A DNA stretch of 64,000 nucleotides from Mobula hypostoma (lineage: Eukaryota), in the NCBI RefSeq assembly GCF_963921235.1, contig NC_086108.1:19964001-20028000 (forward strand), written 5' to 3'. How positions within the stretch are numbered: position 1 is the first letter of the stretch; each line of letters opens with the position of its first letter. Positions 26,691 through 41,166 of the stretch are shown here, in pieces. Below the pieces are notes generated by a model. That model was given only the letters and a program-made list of their open reading frames with translations, searched no databases and was not told where the DNA came from. The position numbers and the translations under genes were made by a program.

Positions 26691-29544
26691 CTTTGTCTGT
26701 GATTTCCACCTTGGCTTCATCAGCCACCTCAGAACTCTCAAAAGTGGCTGAAAGCATCATTTCCAAGCTATATTGTGAATGAGGAAGGAAGAGAAAATAA
26801 ATTAGATTTTTTTTTGCCTTTTATGAACTAAATCTTCAATTATAATTCACCAATTAAGTCTTGAATTCCCTTGGTTTCACTGCTTCATTGAATAGAAGTT
26901 ATCACTAAGACATGTATCTAAATTACTTTTGATTAAAATAAATTCTTCTGAATTTTTCATCTATTTGATTGTTAAAGTTCCTAAGTTAGCTAGAACTTTT
27001 TAAGATTCAGTATATGTTCCCTACTGTTGTACTTAGTACTTCTGTTTATGAACTGAAGATGCCATAGACTTTGCTAACTACTCTTTCAATATGTTTGATA
27101 TGTTCAAAGATCATGCACATGTAACCCTCATCCCACCAGGTCTCTCTCCTACACTTCTTAGAACTCTGGTGTTTATAACTATGCATCACTTCAGCTATAA
27201 TGTATCACCTCACACTTCGCAGTATTAAATTCCATCTGCCAGTCATCTGTCTGTTGTACTGCCTGCCTGCATCCTGCTGTTTCTGATTGGTATCATCTTT
27301 ACTGTTTCCTGCATTTCCTGTTTTAGTCCATCAGGAAATCTTCCTGTTGTGACTAAACTAAAACTGAGTCAAAGGGAAGTTATAACTGGGAAATATAAAA
27401 TTCTCTATTCACACAACAATTCCAAGAGAATCTCACTCACCTGACAATATTTTGTACTTCAACAGAAAATTAACAATAAACAATTAACTACAGTTTCAAT
27501 TGCTTTGATCGCCTACTTAACTTTAACATTCTAAATATAGTCCGGTAAATTTACAGATTACATTTTTTTTTACAATGGTAGCACATCCCAACTAGCAGAA
27601 GCTCTTTGAATATTTCAGGATGTACCCCCTTTTCTCTTGTGTTGAGGGTGGCTCCATGAATATACAATTTACCAGAAAGCTAAGAGACAAAGCAGATCTG
27701 TCGTGCACTGTGCATTAAGAGGCAGGATTACACTTTTAACAATGTGGTAGTAGCAGTAATATTTGCCCATTGTCTTCTATTAGCTTCAAATAGACAGAAT
27801 CAGAATGTCCCATAATATCATAACTCCAAAATTATCCCTAACACATTCTAAGCACATCCTGCTATCATTACTTTATCTGACCTCCTTGTAACTCCAGGAA
27901 TCGATGGACTCTTAACAGCCTTCTGAAATGGAAAAAGAATATCCAAAGTCTTGACCTAAACCTTCAACAACCCCTTCGCTTGCACAGATGCTTGACAGTT
28001 GAGTTCTTCAAGTAGCTTATTTTTTTTGTTGCCTTCTGAAATGGCCTTGCAGGTCACACAATTGTATCATAACCCCCATATTAAAACAGAAAGGAAGCAT
28101 GCAACCAGACACCCTGCATCAACAAGGAACCAAGTTCATTCACAGTAAGGTCACTCTCAGATGTATGAGGACCGCTGCCTCCAGTGGAAGAGTTCTCCTA
28201 CATCCCCTCAGATAAAGGCTTTAATATAGTTTAATGATGTCCTTTAGACGGAATGCCAGACTCCTCCATCACAAACATTAGGAATATCCTGTACCTCTAG
28301 CACCGGGGGTTTTCCAGCATTGACAAGGACACTGCTTTGAGTGACTATGTTTGAAGAATATTGGGGATAGTTTGCCAATTGCACAAATTGAAATTTAATT
28401 TCCTCTGTGCTATGTGGCTACATGACCAGATGGCCAGTTTTTGTGTAGGATATTAGGAAGATTAGAGTTTTATTGGGCATAATCTTGTTTTGCGGATGAA
28501 TTGTGGTTGTGACAATGCATCAGCAAGACAGGATTTTGCCTAGTGGAGCCCTGTCCTTATTTTTACTTGGTGTTTTTTCTGAAAGATGGTTGTCAGTGGG
28601 ATTGGGGTTGTGGGAAGTATCTACTGTTGAAGGATGTAAGGATTTTCTTTGGTGATATTTGGCTGAATCCTGGAGCTATACACCTTGGTTTTAAGAGAGG
28701 AACTATGACATTGTCAAAAGCCTTGTGTCTCTGAATTATTCTTTGGAGGTGTTGGTGTCAATATAAAATGATCGTATGTCACCCTTAACTTGTGTTAATT
28801 TCCTTAGAAGCTGTGAACTTGCCACACCTTAGTGTATAGAATTACTTCGTTTGACTGGAGGTATCAAACTTGGAGTAGAGCTATCCTGAACATTTTCAGC
28901 CACTAAAGAGCTCTATAGATAATGTATTGGACTGCTCAGGTTCAGCTACTCAATCTGGGATGCCCTACATTTAAGTATATTCACTATGAACCTAGAACTT
29001 GAGGTAGATTTGCAGCGTCTAATTTTTGCTAGGATTCCCCAGTATTGTACTGGAAGTCACTTCTCAGTTGATATGTTTGGCCTGACCTAGCACCAATATT
29101 CCCTGTGATATTTTTTTACAGCTCGCATACCAGCCTTTGCTCTGAGCAGGAAATTTTTAGACAACCTGAAAACTGTGTGGCACTTACTATAAAACATTAT
29201 ATAAAAGAAAATTGCAGCTTAGAGGGAACAGTGCCTAACAGAAGATTGAAGACCTTGTTGATTCTAACTGGCATGCAGGGCACAGATTTAGAAGACAATA
29301 CAGATGGGAAGCTGTAATTTTAAATTATTTTAATTTAATTATTTGAATCTTTATTATTTATTTAATTTTAAAGCTTAAGTGTCTCAGTGTCAGACATTGA
29401 AGTTACTAAAATCACTGATGGTTTTGACAGAAGACGAAAGACCACCAATTTAAACTGTTTCCCTTCATTCCCTGCACAAACAATACAAGTATTGGGCTAA
29501 ATGCCTCTTGCACTCCTATTGTGTCCTACTATCCCTGGCAAGTC

Positions 29545-30130
29545 CATTCAGGTACTGTTAATACTCAGCAGGTTAGGAAGCATCTGTGGAAAGAGAAATT
29601 GCTATTGTTTCAGTTCAATGCTGTTTTATCAAAATTGGAAAAGTGGAGGAAACTTGCATGGGTTGGGAAGAATGCATAGAATTAAATGAATGATAGGATG
29701 CAGACCAAAGTTGCCTTGGTAACAATACTTTCAAAGCTGTCTAGTTAATAGATGAATGAAGTCATTTTATATATTTAAAAAGAACAAAAGGACATAGTGG
29801 ACCTGTAAGATGCAGAACCGGGTAGTTCCTGGAAACTTGGGCCGCTGGATCAGACAGCATTTGTGTGATGGAAAAACTGAGCTAAGGTTGCAGGTAAATG
29901 ACCTTGGAACTGGTCAGTTCAATTCTTTACGATTACGAAAGGGAGGTTATTTGAAATTATTGAACTTTGAATCTAGAGTCCCAAGGGCAGCCAGTTGCCT
30001 CGGCAGAAGATAAAATGATCTTCTTCAAACTTGTATTGACGTCAGTAGAGCAGCCCGAAATGTTGACTATACTCTTTTCCATAGATGCTGCCTGACCTGC
30101 TGAGTTTCTCCAGCATTTTGTGTGTTACCA
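29545..30130. repeat. Decayed Penelope-like terminal repeat remnants
   Basis: ctcagcaggttaggaagcatctg on the left and cccgaaatgttgact...gatgctgcctgacctgctgag on the right. Confidence 0.5.
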
Positions 30131-30424
30131 TTTCTTTCGCTAATTTACAAGCCAATTCATCTAAGGTCAATGCAATTTTGTCTGGCTAATAATGGGTAAA
30201 TACATTAGTGCATTTTTATAAACTCATAACATTTTGCATTGTCAAAACTGATAAAACAAAATTTTTAAGTGGTAAAAATATTTGAAATCTTTTCCTAAAG
30301 TATGTACATTTTGCATTGATTCAGTTGGATCTCTTTTCATGAAAGTCTTTAATTTACATGTGCAAATGGTGCGTCTTTACAAAGGAAGAACATGTCAATC
30401 TGATTTTTTTTTTCTTTTTCATAG

Positions 30425-30531
30425 GTTGGCCTTGCAGTTGTTAATGGACAGCTGATGGCAGTGGGTGGGTTTGATGGTACAACTTACTTGAAAACCATTG
30501 AAGTTTATGATCCAGATGCAAATACGTGGAG
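30425..30531 (+). CDS. KLHL20: KLHL20 coding exon, Kelch 6 ([35 protein letters not shown])
   Basis: Manual translation. Long pyrimidine tract then atag| acceptor, |gtgagc donor, 107 nt. Confidence 0.97.
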
Positions 30532-31084
30532 GTGAGCACAAATGGAATTTATGTTAAAACAGATTTAATGCTCCCCATCTGGTTGGAGTACATTCTTATG
30601 TGTATTCGGTGTAGAATGCAGAGACAGTTGCATCACAAAATGTAAATCTAGTCTGTACCACTTTTTCCTGCAGGCATTATTGAAGTGGAAATTAGAGCTC
30701 TTCATAAGATTATTTCATGCACCTACAGGTAGCAGAGCTCATGGGCACCACGTGCAGTATTTTAATTTTATGAGTAAATACTGATGGAAAAAGGAGCATG
30801 GCAATTATATTGTGTCTTCAATTAATGTGGCACTTAAAAAAAAATTTACCTCTCCAACCCGTTTTTTAAAATTTTCTTGTATAACATCCCTTTTCACTAA
30901 CCCCCCCCCCACCATCGTCTTTCCCCACCATCTCAATTTCTGTCAGTGATCAGTGAATCTAGAAAGATGTAAAGCCCTATAGCACTCTATAGGGCTATAG
31001 AGCCTATACCACAGGTTTGGAATTGGACTATTGAAGTATAATTTCAGTATTGAATGTAGAAACTTTAATTGACTTTTTAAGAGT

Positions 31085-33272
31085 AGCGTGTTGTTGAGCC
31101 CACTAGGGGATCATGTATTCTGGATTGGGTGTTGTGTAGTGAAACGTATTTGATAAGGGAGCTTAAGGTAAAGGAACCCTCAGGAGACAGTGATCATATT
31201 CTGATAGAATTCACCCTGCAGTTTGAGAGGGAGAAGTTAAAGTCAGGTGTATCAGTATCATAAATTACAGAGGCATGAGAGAGGAGCTGGCCAAAGTTGA
31301 TTGGAAGGGGACACTACCAGGGATGACAGTAGAGCAGCAATGCCTGGAGATCCTGGGAGCAATTCAGAAAGCGCAGGGTAGAATCATCCCAAAGAAGTAG
31401 TAGTATTTTAAAGGGAGGATTATACAACCGTGACTGACAATGGAAGTCAAACCTAACAGAAGAGCTAAAGAAATGGCATATAATAGAGCAAAAATTAGTG
31501 GGAAGTTAGAGGATTGGGAAGCTTTTAAAAGCTAACAGAGGGCAAGTAAAAAAGCCATATGGGGGAAAATATGAAATATAAAGGTAAGCTAGCTAACAAT
31601 ACCAAAGAGTATACCGAAGATAATATATAAAAAGAGAGGGTGAGTAAATATTGGACCACTGGAAAATGATGTTGGAGAGGTAGTAATGGGGGACAAGGAA
31701 ATGGTGAATAAATTGAAGAAATATTTTGCGTCACTCTTCACTGTGGAAGGCACTGGCAATATGCCGGAAGTTTGAGTGTCGGGGGCAGAGGTGACTGCAG
31801 TTGCTATTATTAGGGAGAAGGTGCTTGGTAAACTGAAAGGTCTGAAGGTAGATAAGTCACCCGGACAGGATTCTGAAAGAGCTAGCTGAAGAAATTGTAG
31901 TGGAATTAGTAATGTTCTTTTAAGATACAGTAGATTCTAGCATGGTTCCAGAGAGTTGGGAAGTTGCAAATGTCACTCTACTCTTCAAAAGGGAAGGAGG
32001 CAGAAGAAAGGAAATTATAGGCCAGTTAGCATTACCTCGGTGGTTGGAAAGAAGTTGCAGTCAATTGTTAACTGACAAATCTGTTTGAATTGAGGAAGTA
32101 GCAGTCCAGATAGACAAAGGAAAATCAGTGGATGCAAGTGTTTGGATTTTAAGAAGGCTTTTGACAAGGTGCCGCACATGAGGCTGCTCAACAAGGTAAG
32201 AGCCCATGGTACTACAGGAAAGATACAAGCATGGATAGAACATTGGCTGATTGGTAGGAGGCAAAGAGAGCCTATAAAGGGAGGCTTTTCTGATTGGCTG
32301 CCAGTGACTAGTAGTGTTCTGCAGGGGTTGGTTTTGGGACCACTTCTTTTTACGTTGTATATCTGATTTGGATGATTGAATTGATAGCCAAGTTTGTGGA
32401 CGATATGAAGAAAGGTGGAAGGGCAGGTATGTGTTGAAGAAACAGAAGGATTTTGACAGATTAGGAGAATGGACAAAGAAGTGGCAGATGGATTACAGTG
32501 TAGTGAAGTGTATGGTCATGCACTTTGCTAGAAGGAATAAAATCCATAGACTACTTTCTAAACAGGGAGAAACTTCAAAAACCTGACATGCAAAAGGATT
32601 TGGAAGTCCTTGTGCAGGATTCCCTAAAGTTTAATTTGCAGGTTGAGTTGATGCTGAGGAAGACAAATGCAATGTTAGCATTCATTTTGAAAGGACCAGA
32701 ATAGAAAAGCAAGGATGTAATGCTAAGGCTTCATAGGACACTAGTGAGGCCTCACTTTGAGAATTGTGAGCAGTTTTGGGCCCCTTATTTAAGAAAGGAT
32801 GAGCTGACATTGGAGAGGGTTCAGGAGAATGATTCGAGGAATGAAAGGCTTATGATATGAGGAGTGATTAATGCCTCTCGGCCTTTACTCACTAGAATTT
32901 AGAAGAATGAGGAGGATCTCATTGAAACTTTTTGAATGTTTAAAGGCCTAGATAGAGTGGATGTGGAGAGGATGTTTCCTATGACGGAGGAATCTGGGAC
33001 CAGAAGGCGCAACCTCAGAATGGCGATAAGGAGGAATTTCTTTTGCCAGAAGGTGGTGAATCTGTGAAATTTGCCACAAGCACTGTGGAGGCCAGCTTAT
33101 TGGTCGTATTTAAGCTAGAGATTGATAGGTTCTTGATTTGTCATGATGTGAAAGGTTACGGGGAAAAGTCAGGACAGTGAGGTTAAGAGGAAAATGTATC
33201 AGCCATGTGAAATGGCAGAGCAGTTTTGATGGGCTGAATGGCCTAATTCTGCTCCCATGTCTTATGGTCTTA
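31085..33272 (+). mobile_element. Decayed CR1 LINE in the last KLHL20 intron
   Basis: ORF 32142-32366 contains DFKKAFDKVPH; tcttatggtctt tail. Confidence 0.88.
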
Positions 33273-33525
33273 ATCTGAGTGGCATGATTTCATGTATTGT
33301 TCTCCCTTAAACTATGCCCCATTTATACACATGCAGTATGTTCATCTAAGTGTATGACTGCCATTTACTGATTTATTAATAATTTTACACATAAGCCATT
33401 GTGCAATTATATTTTGCAAGTTGAATTTTATTTGTGTAAACCTGCAGAAGTTAGAAGTTGTTAATTGCTTTTGTTTACTTCTTTTTCCTTATCCCTATCT
33501 TTTGATCCCACCCCACAAAAAACAG

Positions 33526-33610
33526 GTTGTATGGAGGTATGAATTATCGCAGACTGGGCGGTGGAGTGGGTGTTATCAAAATGACACACTGTGAATCCCA
33601 CATATGGTAA
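33526..33610 (+). CDS. KLHL20: KLHL20 last coding exon ([27 protein letters not shown])
   Basis: Manual translation reproduces the KLHL20 C-terminus. acag| acceptor; TAA at 33608-33610. Confidence 0.97.
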
Positions 33611-34164
33611 ACCATGAAGTCTGGTATCCTTGCTGCTATTGGATGCTGTAATTGTTTAGGAAAGCACACTTTCATTCTGGTGTTCAGTTCAGTAGAATCT
33701 GGCCACTGATCAAAATAAGAGATATTCAAAGCTCCACGTAGTGATGGAAAAAGACTTCTATGTTGGTCCAGTGAACAGTTCTAATGATATTACAGATTGA
33801 TGCCTGTAGAAGTTTTTTTGTGTGGGAAAGACTTCTCATTCAGAACAGTTGGGAGCACCTCAAAAATGGGCAGAATAGAAAAGTTGCGCAACTGTAACTT
33901 GGCTGGTAAGGATGTAATCAACTCTTTAATCCTCATTTTTCAAGGATATTGAAATGAAAACATTTGTTGGTTCACATCATTTGGAGATGATTGACTATCA
34001 ACATGTGGAAAAAACTTTATTTCTTTCTAATTGAACAATTCCACGGACTTAAAGAAAGAAAATATTTATGTCATGTTAAGTTGGGGCAAATGGAAACTCA
34101 GTTGTCCCACTATGGAGACATAACTATTAAAACCACCCATCGCTACTTTTTTTTCCTGATGCTT

Positions 34165-34170
34165 AATAAA
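34165..34170 (+). terminator. Candidate KLHL20 polyadenylation signal AATAAA
   Basis: AATAAA about 555 nt past the stop, followed by T/GT-rich sequence. A further AATAAA at 37791 is an alternative. Confidence 0.35.
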
Positions 34171-34765
34171 TTTTGTGTTTTGTACAGTGATAGTATCTTT
34201 TTATTCAAGATACATGAGCAGTAATACAGTTCTTAATTCTCTAAAATATAATAAAACTGGAATCTTAAAGGGCATTGTGTTCATGAGAAAGTGAACATCA
34301 AGTTTTTTTCTGTAATTCTAAGTGCACAGTGTGATAATGCATATCACGTAAATTGAGTATAATGTTGTCATGACTAAATATGCATGGTTCTTCCTCCTGG
34401 AAGCCTAAAACATTTGCAAAAGATTTTTCTCATGATAAGCATACCTCTTTAGGGTCAATTTGAGATACTCTAGAAAAGTTGATACTAATGCCATCAGATT
34501 TCATTTAGGTTTTACTGATAATTAATTAGTATATTTCACATGGAGCATTTCCATAGCTTTAGATGAATAATAAGTGCTAAGACTTTTAAAAACCATAAAC
34601 TGCACTGTTTTATGACTACAGTGGGTGCAAACAATATAATGAATCTTCTGCTGAATGGCATCTTGTTAGAGGTCTCACAGATCAATCATTAGATTATCTC
34701 CGGCTGTGTTGAAAAAAATGACCAGATGTACTTTCATTAGGAAGGAACATAGGTTGGACATTTAA

Positions 34766-37440
34766 AAATAGAAACATAGAAAACCTACAGCACAATACAG
34801 GCCCTTCCGCCCACAAAGTTGTACCGAATATGTCCCTACTTTAGAAATTATTAGGCTTACACATAGCACTCTATTTTTCTAAACTCCATGTACCTATCCA
34901 AAAGTCTCTTAAAAGACTCTATTGTATCCGCCTCCACCACCGTTGTCGGCAGCCCATTCCACGCACTCACCACTCTCTGCTTAAAACAAAATACATACCA
35001 CTGACACCTCCTCTGTACCTACTAAAAAAGAACCCGCATTTACCACCTCATCTGGAATGAGCTGCCAGATGAGGTGGTAAATGCGGGTTCTTTTTTAACA
35101 TTTAAGAATAAATTGGACAGATACATGGATGGGAGGTGTATGGAGGGATATGGTCCGTGTGCAGGTCAGTGGGACTAAGCAGAAAATGGTTCGGCACAGC
35201 CAAGAAGGGCCAAAAGGCCTGTTTCTGTGCTGTAGTTTCTATGGTTTCTATGGTTTTCTACTCCCCAGCACCTTAAACTTATGTCCTCTTGTGGCAACCA
35301 TTTCAGCCCTGGAAAAAAGCCTCTGACTATCCACACGATCATTGCCTCTCATCATCTTATACATCTCTATCAGGTCACTTCTCATCCTCTGTCGCTCCAA
35401 GGAGAAAAGGCCGAGTTCACTCAACCTGTTTTCATAAGGCATGCTCCCCAATCCAAGCAACATCCTTGTAAATCTCCTCTGCACCCTTTCTATGGCTTCC
35501 ACATCCTTCCTGTAGTGAGGTGACAAGAACTGAGCACAGTACTCCAAGTGGGGTCTGACCAGGGTCCTATATACCTGCAACATTACCTCTCGACTTCTAA
35601 ATTCAATTCCACAATTAATGAAAGCCAATACACCGTATGCCTTCTTAACCACAGTCAACCTGCGCAGCTGCTTTGGGCGTCCTATGGACTCGGACCCCAA
35701 GATCCCTCTGATCCTCCACACTGCCAAGAGTCTTACCATTAATACTATATTCTGCCATCATATTTCAGCTACCAGAATGAACCACCTCACACTTATCTGG
35801 GTTGAACTCTATCTGCCACATTTCAGCCCAGTTTTGCACCCTATCAATGTCCCGCTGTAACCTCTGACAGCCCTCCACACTATCCACAACACCCCCAACC
35901 TTTGTGTCATCAGCAAACTTACTAACCCATCCCTCCACTTCCTCATCCAGGTCATTTATAAAAGTCACAAAGAGTAAGGGTCCCAGAACAGATCCCAGAG
36001 GCACACCACTGGTCACCGACCTCCATGCAGAATATGACTCGTCTACAACCACTCTTTGCCTTCTGTGGGCAAGCCAGTTCTGGATACACAAAGCAATGTC
36101 CCCTTGGATCCGATGCTTCCTTACTTTGTCAATAAGCTTTGCATGAGGTACCTTATTAGATACCTTGCGCTACATCTACTGCTCTTCCTTCATCAATGTG
36201 TTTGGTCACATCCTCAAAAAATTCAATCAGGCTCGTAAGGCACAGCCTACCCTTGACAAAGCTATGCTGACTATTCCTAATCATATTATACCTCTCCAAA
36301 TGTTCATAAATCCTGCCTCTCAGGATCTTCTCCATCAACTTACCAACCACTGAAGTAAGACTCACTGGTCTATAATTTCCTGGGCTATCTCTACCCCCTT
36401 ACTGCTCCTCAATATCCCTGTTACTATTGAGCGGCCTATAAAAAACACCCAGTAGAGTTATTGATCCCTTTCCTGTTCCTAACCTCCACCTACAGAGACT
36501 CCATAGACAATTCCTCCATGACATCTACCTTTTCTGCAGCCGTGACACTATCTCTGATCAACAGTGGCACGCCCCCACCTCTTTTGCCTCCCTCCCTGTC
36601 CTTTCTGAAACATCTAAAACCCGGCACTTGAAGTAACCATTCCTGTCCTTAAGCCATCCAAGTCTCTGTAATGGCCACCACATCACAGCTCCAAGTACTG
36701 ATCCATGTTCTAAACTCATCCGCTTTGTTCACAATACTCCTTGCGTTAAAATAGACACATCTCAAACTGTCCATCTGAGCATGTCCCTTCTCTATCACCT
36801 GCCTATCTTCCCTCACATACTGTCTCCAAGCTTTCTCTGTTTGTGAGCCAACTGCCTCATCCCCAGTCTCTTCAGTTCGGTTCCCACCCCTCAACAATTC
36901 TAGTTTAAACTCTTCCCCAGTAGCCTACCCGCCAGGATATTGGTCCCCCTGGGATTCAAGTGCAACCGATCCTTTCTGTATAGGTCACACCTGCCCCAAA
37001 AGAGGTTCCAATGATCCAGAAACCTGAATCCCTGGCCTCCAATCCCTCAGCCATGCATTTATCCTCCACCTCATTCTATTCCTATACTGTTGCGTGGCAC
37101 AGGCAGTAATCCTGAGATTACTACCTTTGTGGTCCTGCTTCTCAACTTCCTTCCTAACTCCCTGTAGTCTTTTTTCAGGACCTCTTCCCTTTTCCTACCT
37201 ATGTCATTGGTACCAATATGTACCATGACCTTTGGCTGTGCTCCCTCCCACTGCAGGATACCTTGGACGCAATCTGAAACATCCCAGACCCTGGCACCCA
37301 GTGGGCAAACTACTATGCGAATTTCTTTTCTGTGTCCACAGAATTGCCTGTCTGACCTTCTAACTATAGAGACCCCTATCACTACTGCCTTCCTCTTCCT
37401 TTTCCCTACCTTTCTGAGCCACAGGGCTGGACTCTGTGCG
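34766..37440 (-). mobile_element. CR1 LINE (part of ORF1 plus ORF2) with an internal deletion near 36400 and a nested CR1 3' end
   Basis: Esterase remnant VHIGTND, endonuclease start NARSI...ETW, RT FADD, atagaaac tail. Confidence 0.92.
35024..35257 (+). mobile_element. Short CR1 3' end with fold-back 5' inversion
   Basis: ttctatgg tail; ctact duplicated at 35019-35023 and 35258-35262. Confidence 0.8.
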
Positions 37441-38509
37441 ATCTTAATTCATTGAATTAATCTTGTCTGTAATATTTTTCTTCACTGGGGGAAAAAAAAA
37501 CACACACATCACAGATACCAAGCAGGGCATTGATTTTTTTTCAGGCTTGTGTCATTATGTATGGTATAAGAAAGCTTAAGATGATGTAAAATATTGACAA
37601 AAGTATGTAAATTTCAATGGTAATTTCCTGGTTCTCCCATCCTTAGTGTAACTGGAACAGTGGAAATTGTGGAGAGAGAAATTACATATTTTCCAGCAGT
37701 TTTTTAAAAATCAGATCTTCATTTTTTTTTCTCTTGCTGCTTTGAGAGAGTACAGTACCACATTATGCAATAATTGCATTTATAGCATTGAATAAAAACA
37801 TGTTTCATACTATTAATTGATTACTTTGAAGGTCAGTAACTGTAATGCTAATAGTTCCAAAGCAGCAACCACAGTAATAGGCTGAGTAATTGTTCAATTT
37901 ATTTTCTTTCTTGATAATATTTGACAGGCAGCAAGTCACTGAACAAGATACACTAGGATGGTTTGATGGATTTGAAATACAGGTTTACTCAGCACCCACC
38001 TCCAAAGATGGATGTCATGGGTGGAATTTGTATTAAGTTATCATGACCAAAACAGGCTTTTGGGTGCACAGTATTTTTCACTAAATAACATTTCATTAAT
38101 GGGATTGGATTAAAACACCCACAATTTGATTCCAAAGTATTTTATGTAGCAAATCCTATATCACCTGCCTTTCTTATTTGTGCAATATCTCATCATTATT
38201 TATTGGTTTCAATTAATTACTACACATTTGTAGGATTAATTTTTGCAGCACTCTAAAAATTTATGCAAATAATCAGTGGGAGTGTTTATGATTCTTTTTT
38301 GTGTTCTCATTTAACTGATGTATTTAAACTGTCTTCAATACTTACAATCGGGTTCCGGGGTGCTTTTGGTGTAGATGAAATGTCTTCCTTCTTCCACAGA
38401 ATTTTTACCCCCTAGCCCTCTGTCCTAAAGTTGATCAAATCATTGTCACTCCAGTTAAACAAGCCAACCTCCTGATGTTTTGCACTTTTCTCCTGACACT
38501 TCTCTAATT

Positions 38510-38830
38510 TTGCACCGAGAAAGGCTTTGGCCCATTAAGTTGGCATCAATTGAAGCATCCATTGCAGCAACTGACCATAATCGTGTTTTACTCTTCCTGC
38601 ATTCCAATCAGCTCCTTCAGATTCCATCATGTATCTGCATAATGGGGGAAAAGTATGATGGCCAGTTAACCTGACAATCTTCACATCCTTGGGATGTAGG
38701 AGGAATAATATGCACCTGGAGAATACTAAGCAGTCATAAAGCAATGGTTTAAGCTATACAACAGAGGAGGTCAGGGATTGAACACAGGCTGATACATTTG
38801 AGGCAGAGGCTTTACTAGATGTGCCACCCT
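38510..38830 (-). mobile_element. Decayed tRNA-derived SINE
   Basis: Degenerate cttgggatgtaggagga core and gggattgaac B-box complement. Confidence 0.45.
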
Positions 38831-38879
38831 ATTGCTGTGTTCATTAGTACTGTGTTTTATACTTTATAAGGACTGGAAA

Positions 38880-39095
38880 AAAAAACTATGTGGCACTTTT
38901 TACCATCTTGGGATGTTCAAAAGTGCTTTTAGTGAATGTAATTCCCACTGTTATTCAGGAAGCACAGTAGCCTGCTTGGGTACAGTGAGGTCCCAGATAA
39001 TCAGTAATTTGATAGTGGCCAGATATCTGGTTTAGGATTATTGGTTGTAAGATGTTAGCCAGAAAACTGGGAGAAAACTTCTGCTGCTTATACTG
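38880..39095 (-). mobile_element. Ancient DeuSINE/SacSINE-like remnant
   Basis: Weak resemblance to recalled Deu-domain motifs (aaagtgcttt, aggtcccag, gggagaaaact...ctgct). Confidence 0.35.
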
Positions 39096-41166
39096 ATGTT
39101 CACTATATTTTGTGACAAAACATAATTGTAACAATCCCTGTCAGAACTAAGTTTCAACTGTAAAAATAAAATCACAAAGAATTAATGAAGCACTCTAATT
39201 AAGCAGCCTGGATGATTTTTCATTTGTCTTAATATCATAGCCTTTTTAAAAAAAAACTAATGTATAGTGGATGGTACTTGTATTTGCCAATGAAGCTCAG
39301 GAGAGTTACACTATATGTCAACCACAAGCATGTGATCTAAACTACTGTAATCTTTTAGTAGCCAGGTTTTAAAATAGCAAAAGTAGAGTAAATTAAGTTT
39401 ATCAGTTTATTTTTTGAGCTGGATGCCACAAAGTCCCCCCCCCCCCCCCGAATCATGATTCTGTACTATTCACGGGGTTTTTGCATTGCATACATGTGTG
39501 CTTTTCTCACTACAGCAGCCAGTCCTAGAGCATGCATGCAAGCACCTTTACTGGAATGGTTGGTGCAGTGTCGAATTAAATTTCATAATTATTCTTAAAC
39601 CATTTATTATGTTGAAAGACTTCATCAAATTGCCACATATTCCTACTAATGTTAACATCCTCTCTTCCTATTAACTTTAAAAATAGTTCATGTCGCTCTT
39701 CCAGGCACTCCCAATTAATGAAATCAGTAATTTCTTACGCTTTCTGATTTTAAGATTAAATTTCAGGACTGTAATCTTCTTTCGCTGTCTTATTGCTTAA
39801 AAGACTACCTCTATATTTTAGGTTTATATCTAGTCATTTATGTGGAGTAAATACAGTAGTTGTGGTACTTAATTACAATGGGCAACATAAACATATACAG
39901 ATATGATAAACTGAAAATATTGTACAGGTCAAGCACTCAGAACGTGATTGAAGGGTTATTTCATGATTTAATAAATTATTTTACTTTATAACAGGTGTTT
40001 TTACAAGTTGTATCAGATTTGTTCCCTGTTAATTTAATGTTTTGCTTTCCTTTTAAACTCAAATTAAAGAAGACCTGTACTTATTTTTACCACAGATCCA
40101 TTGTTAAAAGAAAAACCCTACTTAGAAATAAACAAAATTGGCAGTTGTCCACATCTCAAGTTCCAAATGAGTCTGAGAGAATTAGATTTCAGTCATTGGC
40201 AATTGCATCTCCTCCAGGTGCTAATTTCTTTCGACAGTGCTATTTTATGACTTTTGTAAGCAGTTATGAAATGTTACGTGCACTTTCCACAAATAAACTG
40301 TAAATTTTTTGGTACAACAATGGTCTGAGCCTGTGTTGTCTTCTTTGCAAATAAAGCCAATGCATCTTTTTAAAATTTTTTGTTTTTAAGTTACATTTGT
40401 CTATTTGACATGAACAGTTTTATCATGTTATACTATGAAGTAATATGGTAGACCAGATAGTGAAGTAGAAAGGCAGTGAAGCATTTTTATTTAGCAGTTG
40501 TGTTGAATACTTTGAATGTAGGTGAGGAGGTAATGTTAAGCACAGACTATTTGAAAGAATGGGTCAGGAATGATAAATCCAAGGGTTACACAACTAAGGC
40601 TACTTATTAAGGTAATGTAGGGATTTCAAAGAATTGTTGCTTATTATAATTGTGCTTTCTGTAGAGTGAATAAATCAACTTAGGGTACTAATACTTTATT
40701 AATGTTAACAGCTTTAGATTTGTTGTACAGTAAGTTACGGCATTATAGACATGGTGTTTGAAACTGGGTTTAATGACATTAAATATTTATGTAATAATTT
40801 TATCTTTTGCCAGTCATGAGCAGATATATATGAAAAATTAGTTTTAAAATTTGCTCAATAGATACTACTTCTGAAAGCATTAAGATGTGAAAGCAGTTTA
40901 AGGTTCTGTGCAATACAAATTGCAAAACAGGAGATGGTCCCTCCAGTAAAAAGAGTGCAGTTTTTATTTTGCCCAAGAATGTAAAAAATGACAGGTTCCT
41001 TGGAGAAAAAAAAGCACAGAAGTCAAATGTTTTGGTAGCTCTGTATATGTTCATCCATTTTCTCCTTCCTGTCAGTCATGTCACGCAGCCCAGTAACTGG
41101 TTCTTTTCAGAAGAAGATATCAGTCTTCTGTTGTGGCTGAGGAGCAAGTTCGAGATCCAGTCAAAT

